Virus record (IMG/VR): IMGVR_UViG_3300020118_000066
Location: 1-50,477 of that record
DNA from: a virus
Lineage: Duplodnaviria > Caudoviricetes
Reading direction: 5' to 3' (one strand)
DNA length: 50,477 nucleotides
Shown here: one piece after another, positions 37,004-45,912 of the stretch
Position numbering within the stretch: the stretch's first letter is position 1
Layout: every line of letters begins with the position of its first letter
The notes under the pieces: model-generated
What the model was told of the DNA's origin: nothing
Database searches by the model: none
Seen by the model: only the letters and a program-made list of their open reading frames with translations
Position numbers and translations under genes: made by a program

Positions 37004-37225
37004 ATGTCGATGAGCGTTGATGATTGGCAGAAAATGGTTGAGCTTCTCAAGAAGCAGCGTGAGGACTTCAGGGAAGATACCAAGCTAATCTGCCAAAAAG
37101 AGGTATCGGACTCCATTAAAAAACACGAGTCCGGATCGTGGTCCCACAATCCGAAAAGGGCATTAACTTTGGGCGCCCTTGTGGTAGGATTAATCGAAGG
37201 CATAAGGAAACTTTTGCATAGCTAG
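37004..37225 (+). CDS. Small protein with C-terminal hydrophobic helix (holin-like)
   Basis: ALTLGALVVGLIEGI then basic tail; starts Met-Ser-Met. Confidence 0.45.
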   Translation: MSMSVDDWQKMVELLKKQREDFREDTKLICQKEVSDSIKKHESGSWSHNPKRALTLGALVVGLIEGIRKLLHS

Positions 37226-37231
37226 TAGTGG

Positions 37232-37951
37232 GTGAGGGGGAGTGTGGAAACGGAGACGTTACGCCGTCTGGCCCACGCCGCTGCAGATGCTTACGAACCT
37301 CCCGACGGTAGCCTAATCCTCAAAGATCACCTAGGGCAGTGCCGCGGCTTCATGAAAATGTACGATGTCCCCGAAATCTACATCAGCGGCACTAACAGCC
37401 GCAAAGACTTCTTGATTGACGGGAAGTTTCTTCAGGTAAAGACCCTAACGGATGGCCGCATTCATGGCGGGTTTTTAACGGAGTTCGAGGACATCCAAGC
37501 CGATATTTTCGACTTCGTGCTCTCTCAGAAACAGCGCACCGTTCGGGTTAGCGGCCATAGCCTCGGGGGCGCCATTGCTACATTGCTGGCTGTTGAGCTC
37601 GCCAAGGATGGCTTTCAGGTGGAGCTCGTTACGCTCGGAAGCCCGAGGGTTGGGGATGCCGAATTCGTCGAGACATACGGGCGCTGCAATATAGATCACG
37701 CCCGAATCGTGCATGCAGACGATATTGTGCCGCGCCTTCCAAAGCTTAGGTATAGGCACGTCTGCGATCCGTTGCACATTGATTCAGAAGGCAAGATCAT
37801 CGGTAAAGTACGAGGTTTCTTTCATTGGGTCTGGTTTATCGATGAGATTCTATTCTCTGATCTGGATGGACAATCGATAAATGACCATGGAGTTATTAAC
37901 TACCTTATTGCGCTTGAACGATTTTTAGATACAACGGGAGGAAGTAAATGA
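37232..37951 (+). CDS. Class 3 lipase (alpha/beta hydrolase); alternative start 37244
   Basis: IHGGF, GHSLGG nucleophile elbow, TLGSPRVGD, DIVPRLP, distal DH...Y. Confidence 0.92.
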   Translation: MRGSVETETLRRLAHAAADAYEPPDGSLILKDHLGQCRGFMKMYDVPEIYISGTNSRKDFLIDGKFLQVKTLTDGRIHGGFLTEFEDIQADIFDFVLSQKQRTVRVSGHSLGGAIATLLAVELAKDGFQVELVTLGSPRVGDAEFVETYGRCNIDHARIVHADDIVPRLPKLRYRHVCDPLHIDSEGKIIGKVRGFFHWVWFIDEILFSDLDGQSINDHGVINYLIALERFLDTTGGSK

Positions 37952-38133
37952 CTGCCATTCTGATGAGGTTCATTCCTGGTCAAAAGGCCCTAGCGATGGT
38001 CCTCACGCCGGCAATGATTTTCGTGGATCACGCCCTACACCTTGGGATTTCAGACTTGAAAGTAACTGCGGCCGCTGGAGTATGCGCCGCCTACATCGTG
38101 GCTCACTTCTGGAGGGGAAACAGCAATGCGTAG
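37948..38133 (+). CDS. Small two-TM membrane protein (holin-like)
   Basis: Two hydrophobic segments; GGAGG RBS. Confidence 0.5.
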   Translation: MTAILMRFIPGQKALAMVLTPAMIFVDHALHLGISDLKVTAAAGVCAAYIVAHFWRGNSNA

Positions 38134-38332
38134 GCTCAAGATCCTTGCAACCTCGGCGGCGATCCTTTGCATGGCGGCGTGCGCCCAGATCACGTCCATG
38201 AAGGATGGATTCGTCGGCACGCCGATCAATCAGGCCGGCAGAGATATTCCCGCATGGTACCACCTTGGCGAGGCGCTTAATCCGTTCGTGCATGCCGTCA
38301 TCGCCATCCTCAGGACCGTGCTTGGTCTGTGA
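38126..38332 (+). CDS. Small lipoprotein with hydrophobic C-terminus (spanin-like?)
   Basis: MRRLK, hydrophobic stretch and MAAC lipobox. Confidence 0.5.
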   Translation: MRRLKILATSAAILCMAACAQITSMKDGFVGTPINQAGRDIPAWYHLGEALNPFVHAVIAILRTVLGL

Positions 38333-38422
38333 CAATCAGCGAATGGCTCGTTCGCTGGAAGTTTAGGCAGCTTACGGAACAGGCTGTCTCTGAGTTGATG
38401 GAGATAGTTAGGGGGATGGGCA

Positions 38423-38797
38423 ATGGCGAGCGTGTTTCTGGCATCCATGCCGTGGGCCAAATGCGACGAGCGAGTCAGGAGAGCGATCGGCCAGTCGAAC
38501 GTTGAGCACCCATGCATCATAAGGGTTCTTGAGGCCTGTAAACGGCTGAAATTCAAGGCGGAATCACCCGGCTTTCTTAAGGATTGCTGGGCTCATATTG
38601 CGATCCCTAAGGAGAAGATTGCAATCTATGTACGAGACTTTCTCGAATCTACCCGTATCGAGAAAGAGCGCCTCAAATGGCAGGCGCATGGTTGGAGAAT
38701 GCTTGCCGTCACCCACAAGAATCTAGACAGGCTTTCTGACGCCGATCTAGATAAGCATCTAAAAGAAGCCGTTCGCTGGCACGGGAAGGTGAGCTAG
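38423..38797 (+). CDS. Degenerate Vsr/DUF559-like protein
   Basis: KIAIYV...W.AHGWRMLAVT resembles the family, but catalytic acids are missing. Confidence 0.4.
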   Translation: MASVFLASMPWAKCDERVRRAIGQSNVEHPCIIRVLEACKRLKFKAESPGFLKDCWAHIAIPKEKIAIYVRDFLESTRIEKERLKWQAHGWRMLAVTHKNLDRLSDADLDKHLKEAVRWHGKVS

Positions 38798-39612
38798 TGA
38801 AGTGTCATGAGGTACGGCTAAAGGTCAAAGGCAAGCCATCGCACATCGAACTGATTAGTTTTTGCTGCGCCCACTTCGGCCACAAGGCGTGCGACCGTAA
38901 GCGGCTTTATAGCTGGCGCGACTGGCTCCTCAGGGGCCCCAATCGATTCGCCTTCAACCTGGGCGACGATATGGAGAACGCAATCCCAGGCGACGAGGTC
39001 CACAACTCCATGATGTGGGACAGCGACAAGCACCCGGAAGAGCAGTACGTCGAAGCGGCGGATTTCTGGCGTCCCGTGGCTGAAGTGGGCAAGCTCCTGA
39101 TGACCCACGATTCGAATCACACCTGGAGAACTGAGGCAAAAACAGGCCGTAGCGTGGCGCGCGAGCTTAACGTCTTTTTACAGGGCCAATCGCTATCGAA
39201 AACTCAAACTAGGCCACTTCACGACGTTTCTCCGCGCTGGGGCGGTTGGCAGGCCCTTACGAAGCTAAGGGTTGGGAGGCAAGAGTACAAGATCCACTCC
39301 TGGCACGGCGCCGGCGGATCCTGCACGCCAGAATCAGCCCTCCGTAAGTGCCGGGAACAGGAGCGGCATCACGTTGCGGACGTGTTTCTGATGGGCCACT
39401 TCCACCAGCCGATCGCTTGGGGCAAGGAATACATGGACTTCTCAGCGAACGGCATGGATGCCGTCGCTCGCCAACGCTGGTTTGGCGTAACCGGTGGCTT
39501 CCTGGGCTGGCATGGAACTTATGCCGAGCGTCAGGGCCTTGGCCCAAATCGCCGTGGGGCAATTGTCGTAAGGCTTGGAGTTCAGGATTGGGATGTGAAG
39601 ATTACCACCTGA
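38797..39612 (+). CDS. Calcineurin-like metallophosphoesterase
   Basis: HFG, LGDDMEN, SNH, WHG, GHFH motifs. Confidence 0.85.
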   Translation: MKCHEVRLKVKGKPSHIELISFCCAHFGHKACDRKRLYSWRDWLLRGPNRFAFNLGDDMENAIPGDEVHNSMMWDSDKHPEEQYVEAADFWRPVAEVGKLLMTHDSNHTWRTEAKTGRSVARELNVFLQGQSLSKTQTRPLHDVSPRWGGWQALTKLRVGRQEYKIHSWHGAGGSCTPESALRKCREQERHHVADVFLMGHFHQPIAWGKEYMDFSANGMDAVARQRWFGVTGGFLGWHGTYAERQGLGPNRRGAIVVRLGVQDWDVKITT

Positions 39613-39620
39613 GGTGCTGT

Positions 39621-39905
39621 ATGAAGTCCATTCGCAAGCTGCTCGCTATCGCGTTTGTGGTCTTCCTGATTGCAACCATGGCGATGTGCCTAACGGTGCC
39701 GGCGAATGCTCAGGTTTGGAAGACGTGGACCATAGTTTTCAGATTCAAGGATAATGCGGGCGCCCCACCCTGCCGCCTTTATTTGACCATCATCGCAGAT
39801 ACCGAGGGGCAGGCAGCGATCGACGCAAACAAGTTCCTTTACGAGCAGCTCCAGCCTGGGCCGTATGGCAACCTCATTTACATGGAAGCACAGCGCAAGG
39901 AATAG
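39621..39905 (+). CDS. Small exported protein
   Basis: GAGGTG RBS; signal peptide ending PANA-Q. Confidence 0.65.
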   Translation: MKSIRKLLAIAFVVFLIATMAMCLTVPANAQVWKTWTIVFRFKDNAGAPPCRLYLTIIADTEGQAAIDANKFLYEQLQPGPYGNLIYMEAQRKE

Positions 39906-39960
39906 ACCCCAACCTGTCGGCCCCGAGAAAGCGCGGCCGATAGTTGCTTCCCCTAACTCT

Positions 39961-39994
39961 GAGCCCCAGGAGATCCCTGGGGCTCGGTTTTTTT
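39961..39994 (+). terminator. Rho-independent terminator ending the late operon
   Basis: 10-bp stem GAGCCCCAGG/CCTGGGGCTC followed by GG and T7. Confidence 0.85.
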
Positions 39995-40036
39995 GGTACG
40001 GCTTAGGTCTACTCGAGCTATGATCACGCGCAAGGG

Positions 40037-40213
40037 ATGCCTAGACCAAGGGGGCGTCCTTTCGTCAACCGGGATAGGTGCCAGCAATGCGGCAAGAGAT
40101 ACACCAAGACGAGAGATTGGCAGCGTTTCCACAATCCCCACTGCCGCAACCTCTGGCACAGCGCCCAAAGGCGAAGGGCGCTAATGGCGTACAAGTCGCG
40201 TAAAAGAGGCTAG
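40037..40213 (+). CDS. 58-aa AT-hook plus zinc-finger protein (not in ORF track)
   Basis: MPRPRGRPFVNRDRCQQCGKRYTKTRDWQRFHNPHCRNLWH... Confidence 0.6.
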   Translation: MPRPRGRPFVNRDRCQQCGKRYTKTRDWQRFHNPHCRNLWHSAQRRRALMAYKSRKRG

Positions 40214-40258
40214 AACGGCCTCTAGAGCCATCTATATCACACACGCATGGCAAAGCAT

Positions 40259-41212
40259 TCAGGTAGGTCTATTGCGCGGATGCTTGTCGTAAGCCTCATC
40301 CAAATGCGCGGTAGACACAGCCAGATACTTCTGCGTCGTTTCAAGCCTCTTGTGTCTCGCCAGCTTGCGGATGCTCTCAAGGTCAGCGCCGGCGTTCAGC
40401 AGATCGGTGCAGAACGAATGTCGGAATTGGTGTGGATGAACGTGCTTGTTCAGGGCCTTTTTCCCAACTTCAGCGACGATATTCCAAATCCGAACTCGGT
40501 CAAGACGTCCAGCCGTGTACGACAGGAAAAGAGGCGCCCAGTCGGATGGCTTCTCCCAGCGCCTTGCCAGCCGATTGCGAACCGGAAGGTAGGCTTTAAG
40601 CGCGGCGACCGCCTGTGGCGTCAAGCGCCCAACGCCATCGCGCTTTCCCTTGCCTTGTCGGATAATAACGTGCGGTCTTGCATCGTTCATCATCACGTCT
40701 TGAATGTCCAGGTGGCATAGTTCTGAAGCGCGTAGCCCGGTGGCGTAAAGGGTCTCGAAGATCGCATGATTGCGCTCCCGGTTCCCGCGCTCCCATTCCA
40801 TCGTTCTAGAGAACTCCAGCATGTCTATCATTTCTTCCTCTGGAAGCGGCTTGGGATCAGTCTCTGGAACCTTGATGGCGGGCAACATCTCCAGGGGATT
40901 GCGATCGATCTTGCCGATCCTCATTAACCACTTGTACCAGCTACTAACCGCGGATTTGTGGCCCTGCGTGGACGCCTCTTTTACTCCGGTGAGCCGGATA
41001 GCCTGCATCCAGCGCAGCAAGCATGAATAGTCAACGTACTCCTTAGCCTTCCGATCAACCTCCGACAAATCCTTACCTTCGCCCGAGAGGTGCGTCACAT
41101 AGCCGTCGATATACTGCTTGTAGGTTGTGATGGTGTTCTTGGAGTACCCCTGGACCGCTAGAGTGCAGAGGAATTCCTCAGCGAGCTTTCGGACATCCAC
41201 CCCTGCGCGCAC
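40259..41212 (-). CDS. XerC/D-like tyrosine recombinase (integrase/resolvase)
   Basis: YSKNTI..Y N-terminal domain; GLRASEL, GKGKR, HQFRHS, LARH, TTQKY. Confidence 0.95.
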   Translation of the reverse strand: MRAGVDVRKLAEEFLCTLAVQGYSKNTITTYKQYIDGYVTHLSGEGKDLSEVDRKAKEYVDYSCLLRWMQAIRLTGVKEASTQGHKSAVSSWYKWLMRIGKIDRNPLEMLPAIKVPETDPKPLPEEEMIDMLEFSRTMEWERGNRERNHAIFETLYATGLRASELCHLDIQDVMMNDARPHVIIRQGKGKRDGVGRLTPQAVAALKAYLPVRNRLARRWEKPSDWAPLFLSYTAGRLDRVRIWNIVAEVGKKALNKHVHPHQFRHSFCTDLLNAGADLESIRKLARHKRLETTQKYLAVSTAHLDEAYDKHPRNRPT

Positions 41213-41514
41213 GGTCGACTCTCCCTTGTCCCCGAATAATTGACCAGGGGATGAGAGAGACAGACCGGGACACGTACGATCTCTCCGCCCTACGCAGAGA
41301 GGCCGTTTCCGAGTGCGACTTCCCTCTTACCCCGTACCTGCCCCGGTCGTCAACGCAAACCGAGCCCATATCTCAATCTTTATGGGCCATTGGTTCACGT
41401 AGATTTAGAACCCTTGACGTGTAATATTGAATCAAGTTATGCAAAAAACGAATCAGGTAATTCACTAGAGGCCTAATTGCGTGAAAATATTTATTCAGGA
41501 GTGGAATTTTTTAT

Positions 41515-41543
41515 TGGACATGCGGCATGGTTCAGAGTATTAT
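41515..41543 (+). promoter_or_regulatory. Rightward early promoter
   Basis: TGGACA-N17-TATTAT in an AT-rich region divergent from the recombinase. Confidence 0.6.
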
Positions 41544-41549
41544 CTTTGC

Positions 41550-41915
41550 GTGAGCAACGACCAAAAGAGCGCGACGAATCCCGTAGACGCCATGTCTGTC
41601 GTTGCTCACAACACTTCTGGCGTGGTGGCTGCGGGATTCATCGAGCTTTTTTTCGTCGAGCGCGCTGGCACTACTTCAGGCGCTTTAAGTAGTGCCAGCC
41701 GCCCGTGGAGGCTGGCCATGCAAAACAGGGGAGTAGCTGACCTTGGTGCGGATGGTGACGAGAGGCCGTCCGAGTGCCACCTAGGTCAGCCAGCGTGTGG
41801 GTATCCTACCAACTGGTTCGAGCTTGGTGCAACCCTATGTTCTGAGGGGTTCATTACCGCCGATCGCCTGGAGCGCGCCCTTGAGGCGGTGCGCCTGGGG
41901 GTGGCCCGTGCATAG
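41550..41915 (+). CDS. Hypothetical protein, possibly leaderless
   Basis: GTG 6 nt after the -10 box; overlaps the next gene. Confidence 0.4.
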   Translation: MSNDQKSATNPVDAMSVVAHNTSGVVAAGFIELFFVERAGTTSGALSSASRPWRLAMQNRGVADLGADGDERPSECHLGQPACGYPTNWFELGATLCSEGFITADRLERALEAVRLGVARA

Positions 41916-42102
41916 AATCCAAACTGTTCGCCTCTACAAGTGCATCTGTCGAGATTGCGAACGCGAATGGGCTGCCCCGTTTACTTCGGATGGATATGCC
42001 GCTGATGGCGGTGGCGAGCATTGCGAATGCGGCTCGACAGATATCGACGTCCAAGGCGAGGTAGACCCGCTTGAGTATGGGCCAGATAGGAGCGGCGAGT
42101 AA
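41908..42102 (+). CDS. Zinc-ribbon protein
   Basis: CRDC...CECGS; GGGGGTGG RBS. Confidence 0.55.
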   Translation: MHRIQTVRLYKCICRDCEREWAAPFTSDGYAADGGGEHCECGSTDIDVQGEVDPLEYGPDRSGE

Positions 42103-42269
42103 TGCCTATCGATCCCGCGCTCTTCCCCGATCTTCCATGGCGCTGGAGAGTCTTCGGCCCCGAAGGATTCATCGGCCATGTGGAAGCCACTGTTGACGAG
42201 GTGATGCAAGCAATGACCGTGTTCTACGGCGCCGTAGACCGTGAATATCTGACCATTGATCTCCTATGA
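42102..42269 (+). CDS. 55-aa hypothetical protein (not in ORF track)
   Basis: TAATG coupling, AGGAG RBS; MPIDPALFPDLPWRWRVFGPEG... Confidence 0.5.
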   Translation: MPIDPALFPDLPWRWRVFGPEGFIGHVEATVDEVMQAMTVFYGAVDREYLTIDLL

Positions 42270-42452
42270 AACTCTCTTATCCCTATCTTGGGGCCCTCAC
42301 CGGGCCACACCCTTAAAACGTAGGCTCCCTCTCTCAATAGCTGGGTGAGGGCATTCAGATCGGCGGCCTGGGCGGGACGTGGGACCAGGCCGCCGGGATG
42401 AATGAAAGAGACGGGGCGCTGTTCGCCTCTCTCGTATTGTGAAGGAGGCGTC

Positions 42453-43355
42453 ATGGCTGTTAAGGAAAAGCCAGCAGTGGATCATTCGGCAATCAGTGGG
42501 CCGAGCAACGGCAACGGAGGTAGCGACACGCTGAACACGCTTGCGGCGGCGCTGTCTCTGCCACAGCCGGAAGTCACTGATTCGTTTGGTGATGTAATCC
42601 GTGGGAAGGTGTTTGAGCCCCCAAAGATCATGGTGTACGGGATCGACGGGGTTGGAAAATCGACCTTCTGCGCTCAGGCCCCCAGCCCCATCTTCATCCA
42701 GGCTGGGCTCGACAAGGGCCTCGAGCAGATCGGCCCCGCGCGCTTGCCGATTTGCGAGAGCTACGCGGACCTGATTTCGAAGCTGGATCGCGTGGCCAGC
42801 GCCAAGCACGAGTTCAGTACCTTGGTGGTTGACAACCTATCAGCAATAGAAGCGCTAATCTATAAGCGGGTATGCGAGGCAAACAGGTGGCCGACTATCA
42901 CGTATCCCGGCTTCGACCGCGGCGAAAAGCTGGCCACCCGCGAGTGGCTCGAGATCCTCGATATCCTGAACAAGTGCCACACTCGCGGAATGGCCATTCT
43001 GCTAGTCGCCCACGCGCGGCGGGAGCGGCTTGGCGATCCCGAGAATCCCACCGTCGAGCAGTATGCCCCCGCCCTGCACACCAAGACCTCTGGTGAGCTG
43101 TTCCGCAAGTGGGTCGATGCGACGTTCTTCCTTACCCGTCGCATGGCCGTCCGCACGGAAGGCCAGGGGCTTGCCGAGAAGAAGATCGGCGTGGCGGTCG
43201 GGGCTGACGGTGGAGAGCGGGTGATCCGAACCACATGGACACCCGGATCTGCAGCCAAGAACCGATACGACATGCCGGCTGAAATCCCGCTTCCCAAGAC
43301 CGGCTCTTGGGACTCTGTCATGGGTTACATCGCCAGCTTTTACGAACAGAAATAG
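42453..43355 (+). CDS. AAA_24 / Sak4-like ATPase (single-strand annealing)
   Basis: YGIDGVGKST, TLVVD, LVAH, AKNR; AAGGAGG RBS. Confidence 0.85.
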   Translation: MAVKEKPAVDHSAISGPSNGNGGSDTLNTLAAALSLPQPEVTDSFGDVIRGKVFEPPKIMVYGIDGVGKSTFCAQAPSPIFIQAGLDKGLEQIGPARLPICESYADLISKLDRVASAKHEFSTLVVDNLSAIEALIYKRVCEANRWPTITYPGFDRGEKLATREWLEILDILNKCHTRGMAILLVAHARRERLGDPENPTVEQYAPALHTKTSGELFRKWVDATFFLTRRMAVRTEGQGLAEKKIGVAVGADGGERVIRTTWTPGSAAKNRYDMPAEIPLPKTGSWDSVMGYIASFYEQK

Positions 43356-43364
43356 GAGGATTAT

Positions 43365-43847
43365 ATGGCTGACCTTGGAAACTTCGATGCCAATCAGGTG
43401 GAACCCAGTCAGGCGTTTGACCTCATTCCCGATGGCTGGATCGAGGCTATGATCACGGAGAGCGACAAGAAGACCACGGCGAAGGGTGATGGCAAGTACG
43501 TCAAGCTGACGCTGTCAATCATCGACAGTCGCTATCCGAATCGGCTGCTGTGGGACAACCTGAACCTCGAGAACCCGAACCAGCAGACCGTCAACATTGC
43601 CCGCGGCACTCTGTCTGCAATTTGTCGGGCTGTCGGGGTGTTGACGCCGCGCGATTCCACACAGCTCCACAACATTCCCATGCTCGTGAAGGTCGGGCAT
43701 GAGACCCGCAAAGACAACGGCGAGGTGAAGAACGTGATCAAGGGCTATAAGGCGCGGGATGCAGCGGCACCTGTGCAGCCGGCACCAATCCAGAAGCAAA
43801 TGGCAGCGGCCACGCCGAACGGCGGCGCCGCTCCCTGGAAGAAATAG
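43365..43847 (+). CDS. DUF669-type single-stranded DNA-binding protein
   Basis: FDA..VEP..F..IP.G, LWD.LNL.N.N, IA...LSAIC.A.G, APW tail; paired with the Sak4-like gene. Confidence 0.85.
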   Translation: MADLGNFDANQVEPSQAFDLIPDGWIEAMITESDKKTTAKGDGKYVKLTLSIIDSRYPNRLLWDNLNLENPNQQTVNIARGTLSAICRAVGVLTPRDSTQLHNIPMLVKVGHETRKDNGEVKNVIKGYKARDAAAPVQPAPIQKQMAAATPNGGAAPWKK

Positions 43848-43943
43848 CGCGGGCGCATGTGAGTCCCTCTCTCATTGGGCTGCTTGTGCAGCCCAACCTA
43901 GAGTGACTCAAGGTAGGTAGGCAGTTAAGTAGAGAGAGACTAG

Positions 43944-45590
43944 ATGGATCTGCGGGTCTATCAAACAGAGGCCGTCAACGCACTCTGGAAGCACATCCGA
44001 GAGCGCGAAGACAACCCTGTGCTAGTCCTTCCCACGGGCGCCGGCAAGGGTGTCATCCTCGCTCAGATCGCAAAAGACGTGGTTGCCTGGGGCGGGCGCC
44101 TCGCCATTGTGTCGCACGTGAAGGAGCTCCTAGAGCAGACAGCCAAGAACATCCAGATGATGGCACCGGAGATCCCTATTGGCGTCTACTCTGCCGGCCT
44201 TGGCAGTAAGGATACCGGGTATGCGGTGACGGTTGCCGGAATCCAGTCCTGCTATGAGAAGGCCAGCGAGTTCGGAAAGCTAGACATCATCGCCATCGAT
44301 GAGGCGCACCGCATCCCCGAGGACGGCGAAGGGATGTACCGGACGTTCTTGGATGCAGCGAAGGCAATCAACCCATTGGTTCGCCTGATCGGTCTTACGG
44401 CCACCCCATACCGCCTTGGGACCGGCATGATCGCCAAGCCTGAAAACCTTCTGAACAAGGTCGCCTACGATATCGGCGTCAGGCAGTTGATCGTGCAGGG
44501 CTACCTATCGCCGCTCAAGTCCAAGTCCAGCGTGGAGAAAGTAGACGTTTCAAGCGTGTCGGTGCGCGGCGGGGAGTTCGTTCAGGGCGAGCTCCAGAAG
44601 GCTGTCATGGGGGACGAAGGGCTGGTGGTAAGGGCCTGCTGCGACATGGTCGCCAGGGTCGACACTCGCAAGGCGGCCCTGGTGTTCTGTGCTGGTATCG
44701 ACCATGCCAAGATGGTGGCGCAATTCCTAAAGGACCTGGCTGGCGAAGACCAGGTCAAAACAATCTTCGGAGACACGCCAAGCGACGAGCGGGCGGCCAC
44801 CATCCAGGCGTTCCGAGACGGCAAGCTCAAGTACCTCGTGAACGTGGATGTGCTGACCACTGGTTTCGACGCCCCTAACGTCGACTGCGTGGCGGTATTG
44901 CGTCCGACGATGTCCCCAGGCCTCTGGGTACAGATGGTGGGCCGTGGGTTCCGCCTCGCTCCAGGCAAGACCGATTGCTTGGTGCTTGACTTCGGTGGCA
45001 ACTTGATGCGCCACGGGCCTGTCGACCGCATCGTTATCGATGAGCGCAGGCGCGGTGCTGGCGAGCCGTGGAAGGAATGCCCCGTCTGTCAGGAAGTAGT
45101 TCCGATCGGCTGCGATGTGTGCCCGGATTGCGGCGGGCTATTCCCGAGAAATGAAGTCGGCAAGCGTGAAGTGAACCACGACGTCACGGCGGCTGACAAG
45201 AGCATCCTTTCGGAGCCCGAAGATGTTGCGTCTATCCAGTATGTCAAACACCGGAAAATGAAGGATGGGCGCTTCTCGATAACGCTGCGCGTCATCTATA
45301 GCTACGGACTTGCTGAAGTGTCGGAGTTTGTCTGCTTCGAACATCAGGGCTTCGCCAGGGACAAGGCGGCTAAGTGGTGGCGCGCCAGATCGTCAGAGCC
45401 AACGCCGCTCACGGTTGATGGTGCCCTCAATTTAATCAAGCAGACTGGCATCAAAGAGCCAAGAAAGATTGCGTTGGTTTCTGATGGAAAGTATCTGCGC
45501 GTCGATCGTGCCATTGATTTTCGATTCAACGATAAGCCTCAAATTGTCGAGTCGGGCGAGACTAAAGAGCCATTCGGCATGGCTTCGTGA
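43944..45590 (+). CDS. SF2 DEAH helicase (RadD/YejH-like) with zinc ribbon
   Basis: LR.YQ, PTGAGK, DEAH, TATP, LTTGFD, QMVGRG.R, CPVC..CPDC. Confidence 0.92.
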   Translation: MDLRVYQTEAVNALWKHIREREDNPVLVLPTGAGKGVILAQIAKDVVAWGGRLAIVSHVKELLEQTAKNIQMMAPEIPIGVYSAGLGSKDTGYAVTVAGIQSCYEKASEFGKLDIIAIDEAHRIPEDGEGMYRTFLDAAKAINPLVRLIGLTATPYRLGTGMIAKPENLLNKVAYDIGVRQLIVQGYLSPLKSKSSVEKVDVSSVSVRGGEFVQGELQKAVMGDEGLVVRACCDMVARVDTRKAALVFCAGIDHAKMVAQFLKDLAGEDQVKTIFGDTPSDERAATIQAFRDGKLKYLVNVDVLTTGFDAPNVDCVAVLRPTMSPGLWVQMVGRGFRLAPGKTDCLVLDFGGNLMRHGPVDRIVIDERRRGAGEPWKECPVCQEVVPIGCDVCPDCGGLFPRNEVGKREVNHDVTAADKSILSEPEDVASIQYVKHRKMKDGRFSITLRVIYSYGLAEVSEFVCFEHQGFARDKAAKWWRARSSEPTPLTVDGALNLIKQTGIKEPRKIALVSDGKYLRVDRAIDFRFNDKPQIVESGETKEPFGMAS

Positions 45591-45912
45591 CGTAGAAAAA
45601 TCGCTTCGGGGATGGGTCAGAGGTGGCAGTTGGCAGAGAGGGGTGCAGTAGGGTACCGGGGTTGAGAAAAAGGAGGGAGCTTGGGAAACGTTGTTGTGGC
45701 CCCAATGGATCCAATCCAGCGGGCCTCATTCCTGAGCTCCCTCCCCTATCTCTAATGAAACTTTCCCCACTGTGGAGGCGAGGGGGATCTAGCCTTCCAC
45801 ACCCGCCCTTGTGTGGCTACGCAAGGGCGTTGGTGGGTGGCTCATGTGGGCCAACTCGCGAGGAGGAGACGCGAGACTTTAAGGATGAGAGGGGAAAGAC
45901 GGGTAGGAGGCC

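Noticed and set aside
41400-41460. dif-like Xer site near the recombinase
   Set aside because: Only a TTATG partial arm; no 11-6-11 symmetry
42288-45705. TTGGGGCC / GGCCCCAA inverted pair matching the E. coli fim switch repeat
   Set aside because: Only 8 bp; the same word occurs inside genes (about 1670, 7902, 20992, 27619), so chance is sufficient
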